Shown one piece after another: positions 24,631 through 64,000 of a stretch of DNA of 64,000 nt; the first letter of the stretch is position 1; each line of letters opens with the position of its first letter. The notes below the pieces were generated by a model that worked only from the letters and a program-made list of their open reading frames with translations, had not been told where the DNA came from and did not search any database. The stretch comes from Perna viridis (lineage: Eukaryota), in assembly GCA_037379345.1 (NCBI GenBank), contig CM074512.1, forward strand, positions 44,516,001 to 44,580,000. Direction: 5' to 3'. The translations under genes and the position numbers were made by a program.

Positions 24631-25306
24631 TGATACAAACATTGAAATCACTTAAATTTAAACACATTCCATTACGGGAATCTTACTTTTACACCGAGAA
24701 ATATCATACTTTTTTCTGGGATTAGTATAGAGTTTTCCAAAAGTCAATTATTGATATTATAATAATTCAATCACTCCCAGCTTACGAAGAAATTCTTGAA
24801 GTATAGACCTATCAGGGTGACTTTTGATCCCCAGATCTTCATCAATGCACAGTGGCTTGTTTCCACTTTCAAATATGCAGCCTGATTAGTAGTATATAAC
24901 ACCAAACTGGTGATCCCATATTTGGGGTACCTACAGTTGAATGAATTTTATTAAAAAAAAAAAAAAAACTTAAAGAAATAGGGTATTTAAAGATTTAGGA
25001 ATAGTATTCTACTTATGACTGTGCTTCATTTCTTCCCAATAAAATTAAACATATAATACTGCTCTGCAACCAATTAACAAAGATGAATCAAATAGTTAAA
25101 CACACTACCAAACACTTCTTACTAAACAAGGATTTGTACATTCAAACTCCATACTTCTACAATCACTTGGACTGAAAATGAAACTACTGTGACCTTGTCA
25201 CCTCTAGACAAACTGGGATCATGTTGCTTGCTATAGCACCAGGAATACAAATTTTCCTGCACTATCTACTGTCATCATAGATCGTATGTCTCTATGATGG
25301 GAATTA

Positions 25307-26386
25307 AAAGTAGAGGCTCTAGAGAGCCTGAACCACTCACCTGGAGGACTCGAAATCATGTGGTTATATCATTTGATCATTAAAAACTTCAATGGCCACT
25401 AGCAACCAGCTTGTTAAATCAAGCAACGCCAAATTTTATCAAATGTTTAAGTTGTTTCTTTTATAAATTAATATTTCTGTCAAGTTTGGTCATTATTGGC
25501 TTAGTAAAAGCAAAAGTATAGGCCAAATGTATTTCCCCATAGGGTGTCAATGGCAGCTTTGAGTCGCCCCAACCACCCAATGTGCCAACTGGGCTGCACA
25601 AGAAGTTAATTGTTTGTAGAAGGCATTGATGTCATTAACCCTATTAAGTTTCAAGACATTGGGACCTGTGGTTTCAGAGAAGTTGATCTTTGAAAATTGG
25701 CCAATCAGCAGCTAAAATGACCTTTGGAGGATATCTTGTTTAAACAAGTGGAACCAAAATTCTATCAGTTGACCCTTTTATTATTTCTGTCTAGTTTTGT
25801 CACTATTGGCTTAGTAAAAGCAAAGATATACATGTGTAGGCCAAAAAGTTTTTCCCCATATGGTTTCAACGGCAACTTTAAGCGGCTGCAAACACCCACT
25901 GAGACACCTGAGCTAAGCAACAAAATCAAAAAACCCCACACACAGATTGTTAAATTTGTTCTAAGGAACATTCATGCTAACTTTTGTTTTAATCCATCAA
26001 GTAGTTTTCAAGGAGCAGATTTTCAAAATTTGAAATGTAAAATTTGGGAAAAAAATCCATTTCAGGACGTATATTTATACAGATCTTCTGAAAAAGTCCA
26101 CATAGGTCTATCCCATTAAGCTGAATAATTTCATCCTTTGCCAAATTTTAGCAAAACACAACTGTTTTTGAGTTATTTGCAGAATTTGGCATAACCTAAC
26201 GCTTATAGAGATATATGCGAAAAACTTCTAACTGACCCCTATGGTCTATTTTTAGTAACGACGGCCATGTTTTTTTTAGCAAATCCATAATCCCCATGTC
26301 AGTTCTATAAGTGGTACTATAAGGAACATTCTTACCACGTTCGATTGCAATAGCTCATATGGCATTTGGCCAGGTGAGCTTAAAAA
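25307..26386. mobile_element. Helentron-associated non-autonomous element (HINE/DINE-like)
   Basis: One end has AGAGGCTCT..GAGCCTG..CTCACCTGG and the other has the palindrome GCTCATATGGC..GGCCAGGTGAGCT followed by an A-tract. Internal repeats at 25486-25545 and 25782-25865. Same architecture as the other copies. Confidence 0.65.
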
Positions 26387-26693
26387 TGGATATGGACTGT
26401 TTTGTAATGCAATTAAAATTTTAATGAGCCATTTTTAATATGCTTTGAAAAAAAAGAGATTTTGTTGGGGATTTACAACAGGAATGTGGAAAATTGGGTA
26501 CGACCTCAAGTTCTAATCACAGTAATAACAGGGGTCCAAATTTAGGTAATTTATCTTCAAGAGTAAATGTCCTGGATTTTTCCATTTTCAAATCAATGGG
26601 CTACTTGAAAAAACCAAAAGTCAATTAATACAGTTGAAGGTCTCAGATCTACATAAATTAAATTTCAAAGATCATAGTAGGTCAGAAATTGAT

Positions 26694-26834
26694 GGTCCTG
26701 GCGTCAATTTCACAAAAAGTTGTAAGTGTGAAATGGATCGTAAATTATGATGTCACAATACTATTTTAGGTTGTGACATCATTAATACAACCAACTTTAC
26801 ACTTACGACTTTTTGTGAAATCGATGCCTGGACC
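26694..26834. mobile_element. Palindromic hairpin MITE (family also at 33236-33366)
   Basis: ATTTCACAAAAAGTTGTAAGTGT...GATGTCACAA/TTGTGACATC...ACACTTACGACTTTTTGTGAAAT. Confidence 0.75.
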
Positions 26835-27242
26835 TCAGACTACCACTTCATTTGGAACCCTGCCTTTCAAAGGTTTTTCAAGGTGTACTTTTGAAGTTCT
26901 GTTTGCCATTGTTCTGCACTTCCCTGAAGAAACTGCATTGCTGGTTGATTTCAAATATGGCAAAAAGCATTCTTAGTGTGTTTGGTTTAAAGTGACAGAT
27001 TTATAATCATATAAAAATTTAGGAACAGCCACGCTTGATTGTTTTCTGGCTTCCTCAGTCTTTTGCTATTAAAGGTATTCATTTGTCTTCTACCTAACAA
27101 ATGAAGTAAGGCTCATAATACAATGTACCTATAAGTAAGTTAGGAATATTTTTTAAAATCTTTGCTTTTTTTTTCTAGTGGAGATGAAGAACATGTACTA
27201 CATATCAGTAAACAAGATGTGTTATTTGTGATACAGTTGCTG

Positions 27243-28052
27243 ATGTTTAGACAGAAGGTGCCTCACCTGGGTAGACAATTAAGGACAAAAGCGTCAAAGC
27301 AGTTTATTCTGCTCTTTTTGGCACTATTGCAGATATGTGGATTTGTTACCCTGGTAGTTAGTATTTGGACAGTTGTTTATCACCAAATAGATAATTGTTC
27401 CATTTTCCAAATAGTCGATGGGAATCTGCTGCTGGCCAGCAGTCTCCTTGGTATTTTATTATGTTGGAGTGGATTTTGTGTTATTTTGAAGGATAAGGAA
27501 GAACAGTTTGAACTAAATCCTTTACTTTGTGTATTCTTTGTTGTCATTACTTTACAAATTTCAGCAGGAATTTTTGCCACCGTAAATTCATCAAGAGAGG
27601 ATGAGTTCTTGTCCAAAATTGAAGCTATATTTCACAGTAATAACACTTTAAGTATGATATGCTCCAGAAACATTCAAACAAAATTTGGTTGTTGTGGATA
27701 TAACAACTATTCTGATTGGTTGAGTCATACAGAATCCATTATCATGTTGACATCATGTGAATGTAGTCATGGAAACAGTGATTGTCAAAGTATTAATTTC
27801 AATGGTGCTACGTATAGTTTACACAAACATACATGCCAATACACCCTTTTAAATGAATCTCTTAAGAAGCAAATTGTGATCCGTGTCTTTAGTGCACTTA
27901 TTCCAGTAGTTGAAGTGGCGCTTCTTATTTTCACATCCTGTATGCTTAACAGACTTTCACGCAAATCTGTCATTGAAGCAGACAATACTGTTTGTGAGAA
28001 GGTTAATGCTTACACAAGTTACTCTTCTGTTCAGCTGCACACTTACATCTAA
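27243..28052 (+). CDS. Divergent tetraspanin, encoded by a single coding exon (~269 aa)
   Basis: The 296-codon ORF 27162-28052 has four hydrophobic segments and a large extracellular loop with CCG (IQTKFGCCGYNNYSDW) plus further Cys (TSCEC, DC, TC). A polypyrimidine tract and AG at 27177-27178 mark the exon start, and the first in-frame ATG is at 27243. An upstream coding exon cannot be excluded. Confidence 0.88.
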   Translation: MFRQKVPHLGRQLRTKASKQFILLFLALLQICGFVTLVVSIWTVVYHQIDNCSIFQIVDGNLLLASSLLGILLCWSGFCVILKDKEEQFELNPLLCVFFVVITLQISAGIFATVNSSREDEFLSKIEAIFHSNNTLSMICSRNIQTKFGCCGYNNYSDWLSHTESIIMLTSCECSHGNSDCQSINFNGATYSLHKHTCQYTLLNESLKKQIVIRVFSALIPVVEVALLIFTSCMLNRLSRKSVIEADNTVCEKVNAYTSYSSVQLHTYI

Positions 28053-28152
28053 TAAGATAGTTACAATAATTGTTCAACTTGGAAAGGCCCTGAAATGTAG
28101 GGAAATAATCAAATCTCAAGTCTATTTGAAGAACCAAATTAGTTATGGAGCC

Positions 28153-28543
28153 GCCCCGTGCAGGTCCGGGTGTTAAAAGAATAGGCCTGCAGCAGCGCTA
28201 AGCTTGTCGTAAAAGGCGACTAAATAGTGCTCAGAAACCTAGCCAGGGGCTAGGCGCTCTGCCCACAGAGCAACTGGGATGTGTGCCCCAGGTGGTGGAA
28301 TGGGGTACCCCTGGCGTGTTCCATGCTGGGGTTGTCAGGCTATAATACAGAAAACCTGACCGCAAACCATAGTGGTGCACCGTGTTGGGAAAGATGCCAC
28401 GTTCCTCGCAAGTTAAAGAACCCTGCTGTGGTATTCGATTCCCTTTTTTTTTCATTTCATGTTCATTTTATCATCCATTTCATGTTCATGGTCTGAATAT
28501 AGCTGAAATATTGCTGCTCGGACGTTAAACCCCAACAAACAAA
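28153..28543 (+). mobile_element. Second copy of the same retroposon (internal deletion of ~110 bp), just downstream of the tetraspanin stop
   Basis: 12-bp TSD AGTTATGGAGCC (28141-28152 and 28544-28555). Same 5' GCCCC start and same AAAC-repeat tail as 18938-19441. Confidence 0.9.
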
Positions 28544-29904
28544 AGTTATGGAGCCAAAATATTCCGAAGTTCTCAATTTAATAGTTGATTCACTGATGTG
28601 CTTTTGTTTTTTATGGTGTCTGTCCATTTGCAGTATTTGTACTAACCAGCTAATAAGTATGGACTTTAAGTTTTACTATAGTTCAATTAGTGTTTATTTT
28701 ACAATATTGTAGTAAAATCACCTACAATAAGGGACCAAGCAAGTCATGTATCATGTGTATGTGATCACATATGAAGGCTTGGTATTAAAGGGTTAAATAT
28801 GGAGAGTTTTGTACAGTCAACAAAGAACAAGGAGAATTTTTTTGTTTCTTGAAATAAGATCTTTGTATATATCACATTTCATATTTTTTCCCCAATTTAA
28901 ACAATGTATTTCTGACACTCACATTTTGTGATTTTGCACACTAGGCGATTTGATTACAAGTTATCTTGCACAGCTAATGTCAGCTATTTACATTCATGAT
29001 AAAAAAAGTTTTCTGTGGTAAAATCATAAGAAAGAATATTAAATGGGAATTTTCCTTAATTTTTCACACAAAGACATCTAAAAACAATTACTTATATAAA
29101 AAAAATTGGTTATACTTGACCCAACCAACTTAAATATATACAAAAGTATTTGTTTTAAAAATTGAGATTAAAAGAAACTCGGTAACTAACCTTGGTCAAA
29201 ATCTCCTTTAAGTGTTCTATAAAACATGATATCACATGCACTGAGCGGTAATAATTCCCAATGTATGTATATAATTACACAAAGTAATGTCATTTTGCTT
29301 TACTTAAAAAGAAATTCTGATTGAGTGTTGTAAAAAGGTTTTGATATGGCAATGAGGCCAGGAAAACTTGATATTAAACGTTACTCTTGCACAATTGATT
29401 ATTTAAGAATACATGTTTTACAATAGTTTATTTATTTGTTAGTTATTATTTATTTATGAAAATTTAAATACACATCTGTATTATTTTTATTCGTTACTTA
29501 TTTAAATAAAAGTATAGATTAAAGACTTAGTGTTCTTTGAATAGAACAACTATGCTCAGCATCACATACTTAAGATAATGTTCAAAATCTGAATTGGTCT
29601 ACAATTTTATAGACACCTACTGTATCACATCACACCTTCTCTGTAAAATTTAAATTGTTCAAATCTGATAAAATTCAAATTTAGCATCGCAATGTTTAAA
29701 TTGTTAAATTGGTTTGGATTGTTAACAAGACAATTTTCCGTTGTTGGTCATTTGACCAAAACCATGATTTACCACCTAATTTCATGTAAAAAATTCTTTC
29801 GAAGGTTATCATTCCTACCAATAAAGTGTTTCTTTTCAACTTCGTGAGAAATTTCATTCTTGTCAACACAGATTTGTGGCACTCAGCAATGAAAAAGTTG
29901 GAAT

Positions 29905-30932
29905 AACAAGACGCTCCCAGGAGCCTAAATTGCAAACCTGGTTCAATTTTGGCCCTTCAACAAATGAGTTGTCCTACAATTTTGATGACCTTATGATAAG
30001 AATCATTTCATCAATTAAAAGTTATTTTTTTATCTATCATAGTTTTCAAGATATTTGCAAAAAATTGAAAAAAAGTCAGTTTTTGCCTTTCAAGGACTCA
30101 AACCAAGGAAGACATTTGTTGATCTTATTACATGGATTATTTTATCAGCTGAAAGTTTTTCACATATTTTATGATTTTCAAGATAGAGACTTGATGAAGA
30201 TTTTTGCAGGACTTATCATGAAGATCATTTCATCAACTGAATATCTGTTATAGTACATGTATTCAAGATATTGGCTGAAAAACTGCAAAGAACATCATTT
30301 TTTTAGCATTTAAAGGGCTAAGATTCTTACAAAGAGTTCTCTGACAATTTTGACCCACTGGAGACTTTTCTAGGACTTATCATAAAGATCATTTCATCAA
30401 TTGAAAAAAAAAGCTCTATCTTCATTTTGAAGATATTGGCTGAAAACTGCAAAAACTCATTTTTTGCCTTTCAAGGGCAGAAACTATAACAAGGAGTCAT
30501 CTGACAACTAGTAAAAGTCATATGTAGGCCTTATCATAATGATCATTTCATCAACTGAAAGTTTTTTTCTATTATAGTTTACAAGATAATGGCTGAAAAC
30601 TGCAAAAACTAATTTTTTGCCTTGTCTGACAACTTCGAGTTGACCCAAGGAAGATTTTTGAAAAGCTCTTAAAACTGAAGAAGGAAAGTCACATTTATTT
30701 TCAGATACCTCTTTTAGTTTTTGAGATATATATAGAAATTGGTGACTTGGCCCCTATGGTCTAAAATAGCAACAGTGGCCATGTTTTACACTTGATCTAC
30801 ATAATCAACTTAATTTTTAAGTAGATACCCTATGGATGGCTAATGACAAAAAAAGTTAACGACAGACAACAACTACAACGGATGCCAAGTGATGACAAAA
30901 GCTCACTTGGCCTTTCAGACCAGGTGAGCTAA
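29905..30932. mobile_element. HINE-like element with internal ~150-bp tandem repeats
   Basis: AACAAGACGCTCCCAGGAGCC...; repeated GATCATTTCATCAA/GGCTGAAAACTGCAAA units; end AGCTCACTTGGCCTTTCAGACCAGGTGAGCT. Confidence 0.7.
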
Positions 30933-33235
30933 CAATAGAATTTCTCTTCAGAAATTATTAAATTCTTTTTAATTAAGCTTATGAATTGTTAGAACAGATG
31001 TTTGGTTTTTGTAAACGGAGAAATGTATATAAGTAACAAATGAATAGAAAGACAACTCTGCCCTGAGAATAGTATGGCCAAGGAAAATTAAGCTTGAATC
31101 AACAATTGACCTGAACTCATGTAAAATATAGAAGAAAATGATTTAATGTTATATTTTAAAAAAGGCATATCATTTTTTCTAGTTTTCAAACTGACTATAA
31201 TTTTTTATTAAGAATCTGAACAAGTTTTTACCTCAGATATTTTTAAAAGGGAAAAATCCAAGTATGTAAACAAAATTATTCCTGGACTTTTTTATTCTGT
31301 ACAAAGTATCATAAACATCAAACTTGTTATCATCAAAATATAAGGTTTTACATAATATTCAACAACAGTATCTCATTCATACACTTTAGCCTCTCTTCCT
31401 AAACAGATCTAACCTAGATCTAACAATAACAAAAATAATAATGCATAAATTAATACACCCTTATGTACAGCTAGTATCACAAAAACTATAAATATTGTGT
31501 AGCACTTAAAGAGTCTTAAAAGGCATTGAGATTGGCATAGCAATATTCAATTTCTATTTACCAGGTAAAAAAATTTTCAATCATTATTTTTCTTGTTTTA
31601 TAACATAAGACTTCCAGACAGTCTGTGGTCATGGTTGAACAAATATTCAATATATTCCCATGTGTTAACTAACCCCAGGGAATGAAGTTGGCCAAATGAA
31701 TATGACCATCACCTGCTGAACTTCCTTCAGTACTTAATTGGACAATTACACTAAACTATCTATTAAACATGGATTAAAATTCTCGAAGTCATCGAAAATC
31801 TCATTCTCCGTGATAATTCTCCAGTTAACCAGAGTTAGAAATACTAGCCTGCCCCCTAGCCCGAGACTGGCTATTTTTTGGCAGGGCTGGCTAATTTTAG
31901 CAAAAATCTATACAGCCATATAGTAAATATATTGGAAAATTGTATTCAGGACTGGCTAGAATTTGAGTGAGTTTCCTACCCTGAGTTAACTACATAAGGA
32001 AGTTCATCAGGTGATGGTTATTCAATTAAAGGAAGACCAACTCTCTTCCCTGCAGTAAACTATATAACTCACTGAAAGAGAAAAATCATTATGTATGTTT
32101 CAAAAATCTGCTTAGATTGTAATCTTAAAGTGATCTTACAGATACAATGCTAGAAACGTTGTGTTGTACCTATAATGTACTGTAAAATGCCTAACATAGT
32201 CACATGCTTGTGATATGTTACTAGCTGTACAATAACAGAAAATCAATCAATTGGACTATGAAAAAAGATAAGCATATTTAAATGAAATATGAAATATCTA
32301 ATCCTTAAAATGTTATGAAAAATCTGTCTCAAGCACAGTGTCTTATATTTTGAACCTTCCACATTTGTCCAACATTAAAATTGCAAGGAACATGATGAAT
32401 ACATGTATTTATTTTCAAGCTGATATGAAATGTGCAATTCAACATACAATATTATTTATTACCTAACAGACATTTTTCAAACACAACAAAACATAAGAAT
32501 TAGACAAATATCAGGATTTCTTTCATGGTCATTTTTTCCAACAAAGGTTTCATGAAAATTATTTTTTGGTTCTCAGGCCCTCCCTTGCCTCTTGTGAGGT
32601 TGCCTAAATACCCATTTTTCTTGGCAAATCAATAAAACAAAAAACAAAAAAAATTCCTTACTATTGTCTTCTTTCAATTGAACAAAGTAAAAAGATTCCA
32701 CTTTTTCTGTGCATTAAAGAAGTAAAAAGAAATGATGTCTCCCTCGTTCTTGGTTTACATGAAAAATGGCTTAGGAACCAAGAAATTAACTTTGAATGGC
32801 CTTACATTATTTTACTAAAAAAAATAGGATCATTTTTTGAAGATCCTTAACATTTTTGACCAGATCACAACCAAATTCTTTATCCTAACTATAAATTGCT
32901 AAAGTATATGATCTCTGTGAACAAAAGAAAACACAAATAAAAGGTATAAATAACTTGACTAGTAATACACAATGGTATTAACAACAAAAATCTGACCCAC
33001 CAGTCATAAAAATTTACACTTAATCATTTCTGACAGGAAAAAAAAACAGAGCTCATACAGCTAAAAAGACAAAATATGAACCATGGGCCAATTTCAAGGA
33101 CAAGTACTTTTAAACTTTGAAAAAAAATCTTCTAAAATAACATTAGGATGTTCTTACGAACATAGAAGTAAACAATCCATTTTCATAGTGAAAACATAGT
33201 GCATTAAAGTCTTGTGTTAAAAATGAAACTAATCT

Positions 33236-33366
33236 GTGGTCTATTTCACAAAAAGTCATAAGTGTAAAATTTGTTATAAGTAATTACATCACAATGTTAT
33301 TGTCTATGGTGACGTTGCAACTTGAGACTAATTTTATACTTACAATTTTTTTGTGAAATCAACCAC
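33236..33366. mobile_element. Hairpin MITE in the probable TRIP12 3'UTR
   Basis: GTGGTCTATTTCACAAAAAGTCATAAGTGTAAAATT...AATTTTATACTTACAATTTTTTTGTGAAATCAACCAC, ~180 nt downstream of the TRIP12 stop. Confidence 0.7.
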
Positions 33367-33543
33367 TGATCATAGTCACTTGCTAGAATTTTTTATGGCA
33401 AAATAGGTCAGATACTTGGTAGTCTATTCAAAACAATAACAGAAAATTCAAAACCAAAATAGTATTGCTGCAATCTGTCACAATTAATATGAACACATTC
33501 AGTAATACAAAAACAGCAATCTATCACACCATATAACCACACA

Positions 33544-63888
<30,345 letters not shown>

Positions 63889-63905
<17 letters not shown>

Positions 63906-63930
63906 AGGCGTGACCCTCAATCTGGCTCAT
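63889..63930 (-). promoter_or_regulatory. Out-of-frame upstream ORF overlapping the TRIP12 start codon (MSQIEGHAYGRPT*)
   Basis: ATG at 63928-63930 is 25 nt upstream of the main ATG (63903-63905) in the same exon. Its stop is TGA at 63889-63891. Confidence 0.6.
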
Positions 63931-64000
63931 GCCAGATGTTGATTACTCTGAAAATAAACAAAGAAAATGTGATCATTATAAAAACTAGTTTTGACATGAA

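Noticed and set aside
25724-26119. 131-aa ORF (similar cases at 29876-30253, 42044-42391 and 48515-48775)
   Set aside because: They lie within non-autonomous HINE-like repeats and have no transposase or Rep/helicase motifs.
27162-27242. TTG start for the tetraspanin as given by the ORF track
   Set aside because: It lies in the polypyrimidine tract of a splice acceptor. A eukaryotic start is more likely the ATG at 27243 or in an upstream exon.

Overview
AT-rich animal nuclear DNA. It is probably a bivalve mollusc, inferred from the Helentron/HINE-like and SINE-like repeats and not proven. Three protein-coding genes can be assembled by hand. (1) A complete 10-exon UBAC2 on the minus strand (11183-24393, ~376 aa), with a GLFG-repeat exon and an inverted copy of part of exon 7 in the adjacent intron. 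(2) A tetraspanin on the plus strand (27243-28052) whose coding region has no introns, head-to-head with UBAC2. (3) A complete 39-coding-exon TRIP12 HECT E3 ligase on the minus strand (33544-63905, ~2001 aa), including one GC-AG intron. Introns and intergenic DNA contain HINE-like elements, MITEs, a LINE remnant, a TSD-flanked retroposon that starts with a predicted pseudoknot, and a 45-bp minisatellite carrying 11 AP-1 sites. The most unusual segment is ~6186-7210: a GC-rich, densely structured ~350-nt core with ribozyme-like topologies, lying between two convergent orphan ORFs and fused to the 3' tail of a local retroposon. It is a candidate retro-captured viral or viroid-like RNA, but this is unverified. 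All structures were paired by eye, not computed, and protein identities rest on recalled family motifs, not database searches.
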